The position numbers and the translations under genes are program-made. Positions 10,293 to 20,020 of a DNA stretch of 64,000 nt are shown piece by piece. Position 1 is the stretch's first letter; every line of letters begins with the position of its first letter. Below the pieces are notes generated by a model. It did not search any database. It saw nothing but the letters and a program-made list of their open reading frames with translations, and was not told the DNA's origin. This DNA is from a virus (taxonomy: Duplodnaviria > Caudoviricetes): IMG/VR virus record IMGVR_UViG_3300028805_000037, positions 224,001 to 288,000 of that record; one strand, 5' to 3'.

Positions 10293-10922
10293 ATGGAAAA
10301 TAAAAAAGATTGGACAGGTGGTTCAAGATCAACATATAGTATTTTAGCAGCTTCTTCACATAGTGATACTAAAAGAGAAATTAATGATTATTATGCTACT
10401 AATCCTCGAATGGCTGAGGAATTATTAAAATTTTTACCACAATTAAATAATATTTGGGAACCAGCTTGTGGTGAAGGACATTTAGCAAAAATATTTGAAA
10501 AATATAATAAATTGAAATTAGCATCTGATTTAATTGATAGGGGTTATCATAGTTCAACTTGTGGAAAAGATTTTGATTTTTTAAATTTAGATAATAGTAA
10601 TAATAGTAAATATAATGGTGATATAGTTACAAATCCGCCATATAAATATGCATTAAAATTTGTTGAAAAGGCTTTAAGTATAATTGAATCTGGAAGATAT
10701 GTTTGTATGTTTTTAAAAATACAATTTTTAGAAGGTAAATCAAGAAGAATATTATATGATAAAGAACCACCAAAATATATTTTAGTATCAACTAATCGTG
10801 TTGAATGTGCTAAAAATGGTAAACCAATAAGTGAAAATTGGACAGCATCTGCAGTGTGTTTTGCTTGGTTTATTTGGCAAAAAGATTATAAAGGTGATAC
10901 TATTATAAAATGGTTTAATTAA
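10293..10922 (+). CDS. Orphan DNA amino-methyltransferase (probably N6-adenine)
   Basis: DYYATNP, WEPACGEG (SAM binding), NPPY catalytic motif. Confidence 0.85.
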   Translation: MENKKDWTGGSRSTYSILAASSHSDTKREINDYYATNPRMAEELLKFLPQLNNIWEPACGEGHLAKIFEKYNKLKLASDLIDRGYHSSTCGKDFDFLNLDNSNNSKYNGDIVTNPPYKYALKFVEKALSIIESGRYVCMFLKIQFLEGKSRRILYDKEPPKYILVSTNRVECAKNGKPISENWTASAVCFAWFIWQKDYKGDTIIKWFN

Positions 10923-10931
10923 GGAGGAATA

Positions 10932-11216
10932 ATGGAAATAGTTTATTTAATTAGTTATTTAATAACAAAATATGAAAAACCAAAATTTAATTATATGTTA
11001 TTTTATGATGAACCAGCATTAATGGACACATTATGTTCTATTATTGAACATGAAAAAGATGAAAATCTTAATCCAGACGATATAGTTATTTTATCTATTA
11101 ATCCTATATATAATGATTTAGATGAATATGAAGAGCAAAATACAGAAGATCAATGTGATTGTGAACATTGTGATGAAATAGATTGTAAAAATAGAAAAAA
11201 TAAAATTTTAAATTAA
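10932..11216 (+). CDS. Hypothetical protein with Cys-rich tail
   Basis: ORF with AGGAGG RBS. Confidence 0.55.
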   Translation: MEIVYLISYLITKYEKPKFNYMLFYDEPALMDTLCSIIEHEKDENLNPDDIVILSINPIYNDLDEYEEQNTEDQCDCEHCDEIDCKNRKNKILN

Positions 11217-11227
11217 GGAGAAATAAA

Positions 11228-11683
11228 ATGAGCTTTGTAGTAGAAGAACAATATCTAACATTAAAATTTCAAAAATTGACAGAAAATGCAAAAACCCCAG
11301 TAAGAGGAACTAAATTTTCTTCTGGTTTAGATGTTTTTTCAACTGGAGATTATGATATTCCAGCAAGAGGAGATGTTTTAATTCCATTAGATTTAAGATT
11401 TGAAATTCCTATAGGTTGGGATTTATCAGTATATAATAAATCAGGTATGTCAACAAAATTAAAATTAGATAAAGGTGCAGAATTAATTGATTCAGATTAT
11501 CGTGGTAATTGTCATGTGCATTTATTTAATAATTCAGATAATGTTATACATATAGAAAAAGGGCAAAAAATAGCGCAATTAGTAATGAGAAAAGTTTGGT
11601 TAGGAAATGTTGAAGAAGTAAAAGAAATATCTACTGATACAAGTAGAGGTCAAGGTGGTTTTGGATCAACTGGAAAATTTTAA
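11228..11683 (+). CDS. dut: Trimeric dUTPase with atypical motifs 2 and 3
   Basis: SGLD, NKSG, IDSDYRG, KIAQL, RGQGGFGSTG. Confidence 0.9.
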   Translation: MSFVVEEQYLTLKFQKLTENAKTPVRGTKFSSGLDVFSTGDYDIPARGDVLIPLDLRFEIPIGWDLSVYNKSGMSTKLKLDKGAELIDSDYRGNCHVHLFNNSDNVIHIEKGQKIAQLVMRKVWLGNVEEVKEISTDTSRGQGGFGSTGKF

Positions 11684-11696
11684 TAAGGAGAAAACA

Positions 11697-11933
11697 ATGT
11701 TTAAATGTGATAATTGTAATGAAAGCTTTAGACAGCCACATAGAGTAGTAGCAGAAACTAGAGTAAAAATTTATGAAAATGTTTATCCTAAAAAAGCTAA
11801 AAAATTTATGAATTTTACAAAAGGTCAACAAAACTTAAATGAGTTGCAATTTGCAAGAGGAACAGAAATTGTAAAAGAATTAAATTTATGTGATAAATGT
11901 TTTAAAGATTTAGGATATGATGTAAAAAAATAA
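11697..11933 (+). CDS. Small Zn-binding protein
   Basis: CDNC...CDKC; start at ATG behind AAGGAG. Confidence 0.55.
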   Translation: MFKCDNCNESFRQPHRVVAETRVKIYENVYPKKAKKFMNFTKGQQNLNELQFARGTEIVKELNLCDKCFKDLGYDVKK

Positions 11934-11979
11934 AATTTTATATAATATATTATAAACATATATTTAAGGAGAAAATAAA

Positions 11980-12270
11980 ATGAGATTAATTTCAAAAATT
12001 TACAAAGCAAGAGTAGCAGGAACACCATCAGTAGTAGTAAATCTTTTAGATTTTAAACAAAAACCATTATTAAATGGTGAAAAGAAAACTGAAAATGATT
12101 GGACCATTAGATTAGGTGATTATTTTAATATTGATGAAAGAGTAATAACACTACCTAAAGATAGAGAATTAAAACCTGAAATAATAGTACTTAAATCTAA
12201 TAAAGAAGATTTAGATAAATTATTTAAAGATGTACAATTAGCTTTAAAATTAGCAAAAAGGATAAAATAA
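11980..12270 (+). CDS. Hypothetical protein
   Basis: ORF with RBS behind an AAAATTTTATATAAT motif. Confidence 0.55.
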   Translation: MRLISKIYKARVAGTPSVVVNLLDFKQKPLLNGEKKTENDWTIRLGDYFNIDERVITLPKDRELKPEIIVLKSNKEDLDKLFKDVQLALKLAKRIK

Positions 12271-12272
12271 AA

Positions 12273-12836
12273 ATGAATAACAATATATTGTGGTTAGATA
12301 CTGAAACAACTGGAATTGATCCGAATAAAAATTTTTTAATTCAGTTATCTTATATAAGTACATTAAATAATAATATAAAATTTGATAATGATTTATATAT
12401 GAGACCACAATATATTGAAAAATTTGAAATAGAACAAAGTGCACTTGATAAAAATAAAATAACAGTAGAACAAATTAAAAATTTTGAATTAGAAGATAAA
12501 CAAATAAAAATTTTTCTTAATGATTTAACATCAAGTTGTGGAAAATTTTATTTAGCGGGTTATAATGTAAAATTTGATATAGAGTTTTTAACAGCAATTT
12601 TTGCAAGACAAAATCTAAATTTACATTATTATTTTAATTATTTATATCTTGATGTAATGCAATTAGTTATAAATTTAAAATTAGCAGGAAAAATCAATCC
12701 AGAAAATTGTAAATTACAAACAGTTTTACAATATTTTAATCTTATAGAAGATATAAGTGTTTTGCATAATGCAAAACAAGATATAGTATGTACTAAAATG
12801 CTATATGATTTTCTTATAAATAAATTCAATATTTAA
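12273..12836 (+). CDS. DEDDh 3'-5' exonuclease (DnaQ-like)
   Basis: LDTETTG, GYNVKFD, HNAKQD. Confidence 0.88.
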   Translation: MNNNILWLDTETTGIDPNKNFLIQLSYISTLNNNIKFDNDLYMRPQYIEKFEIEQSALDKNKITVEQIKNFELEDKQIKIFLNDLTSSCGKFYLAGYNVKFDIEFLTAIFARQNLNLHYYFNYLYLDVMQLVINLKLAGKINPENCKLQTVLQYFNLIEDISVLHNAKQDIVCTKMLYDFLINKFNI

Positions 12837-12838
12837 AA

Positions 12839-13339
12839 ATGAATAAAATAATTATAATAGAAGGTATATCACGTGTAGGTAAAACTACATTATGTAATAA
12901 AATTAATAAATTATATAATATACCAATATATAAACATAATAATAAAATAATAAATTATTCTGAAATGAATGATAAAAATGAAGTAGAAAAAATGATGGTT
13001 ATGTTAGACGTATATAGAACTATACCATCAAATATAATATTTGATAGATTTCATTTTTCAAATGCAGTTTATGGTATTTTATTAAGAAATTATGATGTTA
13101 ATGAATCTATTAATAATATTAAAAAGATTGAAAAATATATTAAATCTGTGAATTCTAGATGTATTTTAATTAAAGTTAGTCCTACAGATATTAAAGAATC
13201 TTCAAGACAATATGGTAGAGATTTAACAGAATTTGAAAATTATTTTCAAAAATTATATAATATATCAATATTAGAAAAATATAATTGTAATTATAATAAT
13301 CAAGATCAATTAATCAAAAAATTAAATTTAGGAGTTTAA
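12839..13339 (+). CDS. dNMP kinase (thymidylate-kinase fold), probable hm-dCMP kinase
   Basis: P-loop EGISRVGKTT, FDRFHFSNAVY; first gene of the modification cluster. Confidence 0.8.
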   Translation: MNKIIIIEGISRVGKTTLCNKINKLYNIPIYKHNNKIINYSEMNDKNEVEKMMVMLDVYRTIPSNIIFDRFHFSNAVYGILLRNYDVNESINNIKKIEKYIKSVNSRCILIKVSPTDIKESSRQYGRDLTEFENYFQKLYNISILEKYNCNYNNQDQLIKKLNLGV

Positions 13340-14440
13340 ATGAATATTTTATATTTTTATTGGGGATTTCTTGGTGATGTAAAATATAAACCAAATGGAG
13401 AATTAGGTAGTTTTCCTGATGGTAATGCATTTTATTCTTGGTCAATAATACATGAATTACAAAAAAGAAATAATGATGTATATATTATTGAAGATAGAGA
13501 TAAAATAGGTTATGAAAAGTTTAATAAAGATTTATTTCATTCATTTGCTCAGAATAAAAGATGTGAATGTTATAGAAAATTAAAGATTTTTAATAAAAAT
13601 GTAAAAATAAATTATGCTATAATTGAATGGAGATGGCCAATACCTGGAAGAAATACATTAGATGTTAAAGGTACTAATATTTATCAACCAGATTTAGAAT
13701 ATATGCAAAATTGTATTGATTATTGTAATAATAATAAAATACCATTTATTATTTTTGATTTAGATTATAAATTACAATATGAAGATATAAAGAAGTATGA
13801 TATCAAATATATAATTGAATTAGGTAATAAATGGAATAAACTTTATGGTGATATTAAAGCTACAAGAGTAGAGATACCATTTGATTTTTCTTGTATTAAT
13901 GAAAAACCAATAAAAATGGAAAATTTTGAAAATGATTGTATTTATATTGGTTCACGTTATGAAAGAGATTGGTGTATGCATTATTTACCAAAAGGAACAG
14001 TTGTACATGGTAATTGGTTAGAACCAGGTCATGGAGATCCAGTAAATGAATTTCCAAATTTAGTATTTAAAAAGAGGTTATCAGCATCTGAAATTTTTGA
14101 ACCATATAATAATAGTATAGCAACTGTATTATTAGCTAAAAAAGAATATTGTAGTAAACAATTTATGACAGCACGTATACAAGAAGCAATTTTTTATGGA
14201 ACAGTACCATTATTTATTAGAGAATATGGTAAAGAATTAATTAATAAATATGCTGGAAAATATAGTAACATTTTAGTAGTAGCTTCAGATGAAGATGTTA
14301 AAATGAAAATAGATATATTTAAAACACGTCCAGAATTAAGAAAACAAATAATAATGTATTTACGTAAATATTTAAGATTTATGGATTGCAAATTTTTTGT
14401 TGATGATATACAAGAGTTAATAGGAGTTCAGAATGTATGA
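13340..14440 (+). CDS. GT-B DNA glycosyltransferase, T4 beta-glucosyltransferase-like
   Basis: IYIGSRYER / VHGN / NSIATVLLAKKEY..FMTARIQEA parallel T4 BGT IYGGSFR / FFGN / SQAIAALIIGDKNY..FITLRVWET (recalled from memory). Confidence 0.7.
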   Translation: MNILYFYWGFLGDVKYKPNGELGSFPDGNAFYSWSIIHELQKRNNDVYIIEDRDKIGYEKFNKDLFHSFAQNKRCECYRKLKIFNKNVKINYAIIEWRWPIPGRNTLDVKGTNIYQPDLEYMQNCIDYCNNNKIPFIIFDLDYKLQYEDIKKYDIKYIIELGNKWNKLYGDIKATRVEIPFDFSCINEKPIKMENFENDCIYIGSRYERDWCMHYLPKGTVVHGNWLEPGHGDPVNEFPNLVFKKRLSASEIFEPYNNSIATVLLAKKEYCSKQFMTARIQEAIFYGTVPLFIREYGKELINKYAGKYSNILVVASDEDVKMKIDIFKTRPELRKQIIMYLRKYLRFMDCKFFVDDIQELIGVQNV

Positions 14441-16490
14441 TTATCTTATAGTTGGTTCAGGATTATATGGCAGTTTTGCAGCATTTTTGTTAACACAAAA
14501 AGGCAAAAAATGTTTAGTTATTGATAAACGAAATCATATAGGTGGTAATGTATATAATGAAAGAAAAGATGATATAGATATACATATTTATGGACCACAT
14601 ATATTTCATACATCAAATAAAGAATTGTGGAATTTTTTAAATAAATATATTAAATTTAATAATTTTATAAATCAACCATTAGCTATATATAAAAATGAAA
14701 TTTATAATTTACCATTTAATATGAATACATTTTCAAAAATGTGGAATATACAAACTCCAAAACAAGTACAAGAAATTATTTATAAACAAAAGCAAGAAAT
14801 AATAAATGAACCAAAAAATCTTGAAGAACAAGCAATAAGTTTAGTTGGTAGAGATATTTATGAAAAATTAATTAAAGGTTATACTGAAAAACAATGGGGA
14901 AAATCTTGCATAGAATTAGATAAGAATATAATAAAAAGATTACCAGTAAGATATACTTATGATAATAATTATTTTAATGATATATATCAAGGTATACCAA
15001 TTAATGGTTATAATGAACTAATAAATATATTTTTAAGTAAATGTGATGTGAAATTAAATATTAAATTTGATTATAGTAATAAAAAAGAATTAGAGAAATT
15101 AGCAAAAAAAATTATATATACTGGTTCACTTGATGAATTATATAATTATCAACTTGGTAAATTAGAATATAGGTCTTTAAAATTTGATACTTATTCTTTA
15201 CAAGAAGTTAATTATCAAGGTAATGCTGTAATTAATTATACTGAATATGAAATACCTTATACCAGAATTATAGAACATAAACATTTTAATAAATATCAGA
15301 AAGGTTATATAAATCCTATAACATATTTAACAAAAGAATATCCTATTAAATTTGAAGAAGGTTTAGAAAGATTTTATCCAATAAATAATGAAATAAATAA
15401 TCAATTATATCAAAAATATGTTGATTTAATTAATCAAGATAAAAAGTATATTTTTGGTGGTAGATTAGCAGAATATAAATATTATGATATGGATAAAGTT
15501 TTAATTAAATGTAAAGAAGATATAGATAAAATTTTAAAAATTAAAGATAACATTAAAATTAAAACTAGAGTTAAAAAAGAAAAAACAAATGTTATTAGTA
15601 ATGAAGAAATTTTAGGCTATTTAAAACAAACACAAGATATAAATACTTTAGAATATCCTGTATGTATACCAACTGTTCATAATAGAGAAAAATCAGTATT
15701 AAAATTATTAGATAATTTTGGTAATACAAAAATATTTTTATTTATTATACCTAATGAAGTTCAATTATATAATTATTTAAATAAATCAAATATTATTAAA
15801 GTTATATTACCAGAAGAATATGTTGGTTCAATACAAAAAGCAAGAAAATATATACAAGAATATATGGATAAACAAAATATTGATTTATATCATTGTATAG
15901 ATGATGATGTTGTTGGTTTTATGTTAATTAATAAAACAATAGATTGTAGTGTTTCTCAAGGTTTAAGAGTTCTAGAGTTATTTTCAAAAACTATTGAATT
16001 TTCATCATTAAGTTATTGTTTCAATGATATAAGTTGTAAATTTTGGAATGGTGAAAAATATGGTGAAGTTTTAACAGCAGTTCAATATTTATTTAATAAT
16101 AAAAAATTAAAAGAATTAAATTTAAGATTTACTGGACAATCTGATTTAAATGAAGATTTAGAATTTACTGTAAATTCATTGTTATATACTAATCTTCCAA
16201 CAAAAGTTTTAAGATGGGGATTAATAAAACAAGCTTATGCAGCTGGAGGTAAAGATTCAATAGCATCATCAAATAATTTACATTTATTATATCAAACAAA
16301 TAATTATTTAAAATTTGGTAATTATTTAAAATTTCATAAAGATATACGTGGTTTTAGAACAAATATTAATTATAGTAAAATTAAAAAAGATAAAAAGAAT
16401 AATAACATTAAAATAGAATATGATGAAAATTTATATAATATGTGTATAAGCAGAAATTATGAAGGATTAATTAAATATGTACAACAATAA
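14433..16490 (+). CDS. glf: Fusion of UDP-galactopyranose mutase (N-terminal ~370 aa) and a GT-A DNA glycosyltransferase (T2/T6 glucosyl-hmC glucosyltransferase / TAGT-like)
   Basis: GSGLYG, HIGGN, YGPHIFHT, YTEKQWG, RLPVR, YQGIP, TRIIEHKH, GRLAEYKYYDMD; from ~15654 VCIPT..R, GSIQKARKYI, IDDD, EDLEF. Confidence 0.88.
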   Translation: MYDYLIVGSGLYGSFAAFLLTQKGKKCLVIDKRNHIGGNVYNERKDDIDIHIYGPHIFHTSNKELWNFLNKYIKFNNFINQPLAIYKNEIYNLPFNMNTFSKMWNIQTPKQVQEIIYKQKQEIINEPKNLEEQAISLVGRDIYEKLIKGYTEKQWGKSCIELDKNIIKRLPVRYTYDNNYFNDIYQGIPINGYNELINIFLSKCDVKLNIKFDYSNKKELEKLAKKIIYTGSLDELYNYQLGKLEYRSLKFDTYSLQEVNYQGNAVINYTEYEIPYTRIIEHKHFNKYQKGYINPITYLTKEYPIKFEEGLERFYPINNEINNQLYQKYVDLINQDKKYIFGGRLAEYKYYDMDKVLIKCKEDIDKILKIKDNIKIKTRVKKEKTNVISNEEILGYLKQTQDINTLEYPVCIPTVHNREKSVLKLLDNFGNTKIFLFIIPNEVQLYNYLNKSNIIKVILPEEYVGSIQKARKYIQEYMDKQNIDLYHCIDDDVVGFMLINKTIDCSVSQGLRVLELFSKTIEFSSLSYCFNDISCKFWNGEKYGEVLTAVQYLFNNKKLKELNLRFTGQSDLNEDLEFTVNSLLYTNLPTKVLRWGLIKQAYAAGGKDSIASSNNLHLLYQTNNYLKFGNYLKFHKDIRGFRTNINYSKIKKDKKNNNIKIEYDENLYNMCISRNYEGLIKYVQQ

Positions 16491-16920
16491 GCAAATAAGA
16501 GAATTTAATTTTTTTATGAAATCAGCTTTATTGGCAGCACAAAATTCTTATGCAATTAGAAATAAAGTTGGTGCCGTATTTGTTAGAGATGGAAGAATTA
16601 TAAGTAGTGGTTGGAACGGTCAGCCTAAAGGTTTTGATAATTGTTGTGAAGAAAAATTAGAAGATGGTTCATTAAAAACATTACCAACAGTTATACATGC
16701 TGAAGCAAATGCGTTATGTTTTTGTGCAAAAAATGGTATATCATTAAAAGATTGTGATGCCTTTATTACATTAAGTCCTTGTATGAATTGTGCATTATTA
16801 TTAATACAAGCTGGTATTAAAAATGTTTATTATTATGAAGATTATAGAGATAATGGTGGTATTAAATTATTAAATAATGTCGGAATTAAATGTGAAAATA
16901 TTAAGGAGTATATTAAATGA
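16477..16920 (+). CDS. dCMP deaminase
   Basis: KVGAV, GWNG, HAEAN, SPCMNC. Confidence 0.92.
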   Translation: MYNNKQIREFNFFMKSALLAAQNSYAIRNKVGAVFVRDGRIISSGWNGQPKGFDNCCEEKLEDGSLKTLPTVIHAEANALCFCAKNGISLKDCDAFITLSPCMNCALLLIQAGIKNVYYYEDYRDNGGIKLLNNVGIKCENIKEYIK

Positions 16921-17651
16921 AAAATGAAGAAATAATATTACCATATTTTAAAGAATTAAAAAGAAAAAAAGATAATGGTAAATTTAAAATTGATAAAACT
17001 GGAGTAAAAACAGTTGAAATTAGAAATTGCCATATAGATGGATTAAATCCGTTACAACCAATATTAGAATTTCCTGGAAGAAAAACTCCAGAAAATTATG
17101 TAAAAAAAGAATCTAATTGGTATAATAGTTGTTCATTAAATATTAATGGTTATGTTGATGATGTAAAAATTTGGAAACAAGTTAGTGATAATGATGGTTT
17201 TGTAAATAGTAATTATGGTTGGTGTATATATTCAAAAGAAAATTATAAACAATATAATCATGTTTTAAAAGAATTAATTAATAATAATTGTTCTAGAAGA
17301 GCATCAATGATTTATAATAGACCATCAATGTGGATTGAATATAATCAAGATGGTATGAATGAATTTATGTGTACTTATGCAGTTCAATATGATATTACAG
17401 ATAATGAATTAAATGCTATTGTATATATGCGGTCGAATGATAGTCAATATGGGTTCTTTAATGATCTAGCTTGGCAGTGTGAAGTATATATGAAATTATA
17501 TAATGATTTAAAGAAACATTATAAAGATTTACAAATAGGTGTAATAGATTGGAATTCTGGTAGTTGGCATATTTATGAAAGACATTTTGAAATGTTAGAT
17601 AAAATATGTACTTATGAGGTTAAAAATGAAGAACCAAAAATCAATAATTAA
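16917..17651 (+). CDS. dCMP hydroxymethylase (T4 gp42-like, thymidylate synthase fold)
   Basis: NSNYGW, SRRASMIYNRPSM, DGMNEFMCT, MRSNDSQYGFFNDLAWQ with Asp at the dCMP/dUMP specificity position, WHIYERHF. Confidence 0.88.
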   Translation: MKNEEIILPYFKELKRKKDNGKFKIDKTGVKTVEIRNCHIDGLNPLQPILEFPGRKTPENYVKKESNWYNSCSLNINGYVDDVKIWKQVSDNDGFVNSNYGWCIYSKENYKQYNHVLKELINNNCSRRASMIYNRPSMWIEYNQDGMNEFMCTYAVQYDITDNELNAIVYMRSNDSQYGFFNDLAWQCEVYMKLYNDLKKHYKDLQIGVIDWNSGSWHIYERHFEMLDKICTYEVKNEEPKINN

Positions 17652-17790
17652 GAAAATTACACAAAGGTATAAAAATGCACATAAAGTAGATTGTAAAAAT
17701 TGTAATAGAGATGAAAAAAGTTGTGTAATGAAAATACATATGAGTAAAAATGATAAATGTATCTGGTTTAAATATAAAGTGGAAGAATAA
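17626..17790 (+). CDS. Small Cys-rich protein (54 aa; not in ORF track)
   Basis: GAGG RBS; MKNQK...CKNC...C...C...VEE*. Confidence 0.4.
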   Translation: MKNQKSIIKKITQRYKNAHKVDCKNCNRDEKSCVMKIHMSKNDKCIWFKYKVEE

Positions 17791-18024
17791 TGGAACAAAT
17801 ATATAAAAACAAATAAATTAAAGAGGATTAATGTGTATAATAATAAATATTACTATTTAGATGATATATATGATTCAAATAAAAATCTTGAAAAATTAGC
17901 AACTTATATAATTTGTAGAGATAATGCTGAACGACCTGCAAATAAACTTGAGTTTATATTAGAGAAAATGCATAATAATAAAAAGTTTAAAGAACAATAT
18001 TATTGTAACAAAGGAGAATAAATA

Positions 18025-19131
18025 ATGATAAATGCAAGTTTTGAACAAATTGAAAAAGTAGAAAAACATCCTAATGCAGATAAATTAGATATAATTACAG
18101 TTTCAGGTTATACAGTAGTTTCACAAAAAGATACACATAAAGTAGGGGATACTGTGTTTTTTATTCGTGAAGATAGTCAAATACTTGTTGATGAACAAAA
18201 GTTTCCTTGGCATACAGGAGTTAAAACATATTTAGGTAAAAGTGGTAGAGTTAAAACAATTAAATTAAGGGGAATATTTAGTTCGGGCATTGTATTAAAT
18301 GCCGAAAAAGTATTAGAATCATATTTTAAAAATAACGGTCTTAAACGATATACCTTAGTAAGATATGAAATAAATAAAAGGTTGGAAGATGAAAAGTTCC
18401 TTGAAGAAAATTTTGGTATTAAACATTATGTACCACCAGCAGTTGGTGCAAGTTTTGGCAATTTACAAATGATAGGAACTATACCATTTGGTATACCAAA
18501 AACAGATGAAGAAAATGTACAAAATATAGATAAATCAGAATTACCATTTGGTGAAGAAGTTTTAGTTACAAGAAAACTTGATGGTACAAGTTGTACAGTA
18601 ATATTTGATAATGATGGTAAATATCATATTTGTGGTAGGAATTATGAATATAAATTAGGTCAAGATAATATTTATGAAAGAACAACTAAACAATTAATAG
18701 ATTTAATATTAGAAATAGGTTTTTATAAACAATTAAAAGAAAATGAACATTTAGTTATACAAGGTGAGGTTGCAGGCAAAGGAATACAATCAAATAAAAT
18801 AAACAAAATTAGTCAAATAGAAGAACCAAGATTTTATATATTTAGAACAATGTTATGGAATGATAAAGATAGAACAAAAGTTGATTGGGGCAATTATGGT
18901 AGTAAATATCATTTTTTTAAAATTAGAAGACAATTAGTTGAAGAAGAATTTAGAAAAAATAAAACTAATAGTGTAGTATATTGTGTTCCTATATTAGGTA
19001 GAGAAATATTAACAGAAGAAATGGTGCAAAAATATATAAATGCACCTGCAGAAGAAGGTGAAGGCGTAGTAATTAACCACAAAAAAGGACATTTTAAGAT
19101 TAAGTCATTAGATTACATAAGTAAATTTTAG
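18025..19131 (+). CDS. RNA ligase, Rnl2/DRB0094-like, with N-terminal OB domain
   Basis: HPNADKL, PKTDEE, KLDGTS, QGEVAG.GIQ.N, EGVV, FKIKS. Confidence 0.85.
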   Translation: MINASFEQIEKVEKHPNADKLDIITVSGYTVVSQKDTHKVGDTVFFIREDSQILVDEQKFPWHTGVKTYLGKSGRVKTIKLRGIFSSGIVLNAEKVLESYFKNNGLKRYTLVRYEINKRLEDEKFLEENFGIKHYVPPAVGASFGNLQMIGTIPFGIPKTDEENVQNIDKSELPFGEEVLVTRKLDGTSCTVIFDNDGKYHICGRNYEYKLGQDNIYERTTKQLIDLILEIGFYKQLKENEHLVIQGEVAGKGIQSNKINKISQIEEPRFYIFRTMLWNDKDRTKVDWGNYGSKYHFFKIRRQLVEEEFRKNKTNSVVYCVPILGREILTEEMVQKYINAPAEEGEGVVINHKKGHFKIKSLDYISKF

Positions 19132-19152
19132 GAAAAAGGAAAAATTAAAATA

Positions 19153-19722
19153 GTGGAAAAGAAAATATTTATAATAAGTGATACTCATTTTTGGCATACA
19201 AGAATAATCAGATTTGAAAATCGTCCATTTAAATCAGTAGAAGAAATGAATGAAGAACTCATCAAAAGATGGAATTCTAAAGTGTCTAATAATGATACTG
19301 TTATTCATTTAGGTGATTTTTGTTTTGGAAATAAAGAAAAGACTCAAGATATTGCACAAAGATTAAATGGTAAGAAAATACTTATAATGGGAAATCATGA
19401 CGACTCTAGAAATGTAAAATGGTTTATAGATTGCGGCTTTGATGAAGTTTATAGGTATTCTATACTTTTTCAAAATTATTTTATTCTTTCTCATGAACCT
19501 ATTGCTTATTTAAAAGCACCATTTGTGAATCTTTATGGTCATGTTCATGGTAGTCCCAATAATCCAACATTCACTAAAAATAGTGTATGTTGTTGTGTAG
19601 AAAGATGGAATTATGCGCCTATAAATTTTACTACAATAATGAGGAATATAGAAAAATTACAAAGACAAATTGATGCAACTATGATTAACTTTGAATCTTC
19701 AGAAACAATAGAAGAACAATAA
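19153..19722 (+). CDS. Calcineurin-like phosphoesterase
   Basis: SDTHF, HLGDF, GNHD, SHEP, GHVH. Confidence 0.88.
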   Translation: MEKKIFIISDTHFWHTRIIRFENRPFKSVEEMNEELIKRWNSKVSNNDTVIHLGDFCFGNKEKTQDIAQRLNGKKILIMGNHDDSRNVKWFIDCGFDEVYRYSILFQNYFILSHEPIAYLKAPFVNLYGHVHGSPNNPTFTKNSVCCCVERWNYAPINFTTIMRNIEKLQRQIDATMINFESSETIEEQ

Positions 19723-19738
19723 ATTTAAATTTTAAAAA

Positions 19739-20020
19739 ATGAAACAAATTAATCAAACCCAATTCTATGCTAAAATTCTTTTAAAATTACATAAAATTTT
19801 ATCAATTTATGAAGGTAAAATTTTATGTAGAGAGATTTCTGAAAAAATAGAGAATGATATAAAAGAATTTTATAAACAATTAAAAATTAAATATAAAAGT
19901 ATTTTAAATATAAGATATTTAAATGAACTCATTAAACAGCCAATTCATTATAAAGTAAGATATCATACATTATTAAGTATACAGATTGATATAGATTTAA
20001 AGAGGTTATTTAAAAAATGA
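19739..20020 (+). CDS. Hypothetical protein
   Basis: ORF only. Confidence 0.45.
   Translation: MKQINQTQFYAKILLKLHKILSIYEGKILCREISEKIENDIKEFYKQLKIKYKSILNIRYLNELIKQPIHYKVRYHTLLSIQIDIDLKRLFKK

Noticed and set aside
14433-15540. Host-derived LPS/capsule island
   Set aside because: glf is fused to a DNA-GT-like domain and embedded among pyrimidine-modification genes, with no flippase, polymerase or other surface-glycan genes nearby
16917-17651. Ordinary thymidylate synthase ThyA
   Set aside because: It has Asp at the specificity position and gp42-type motifs, and ThyX is present separately
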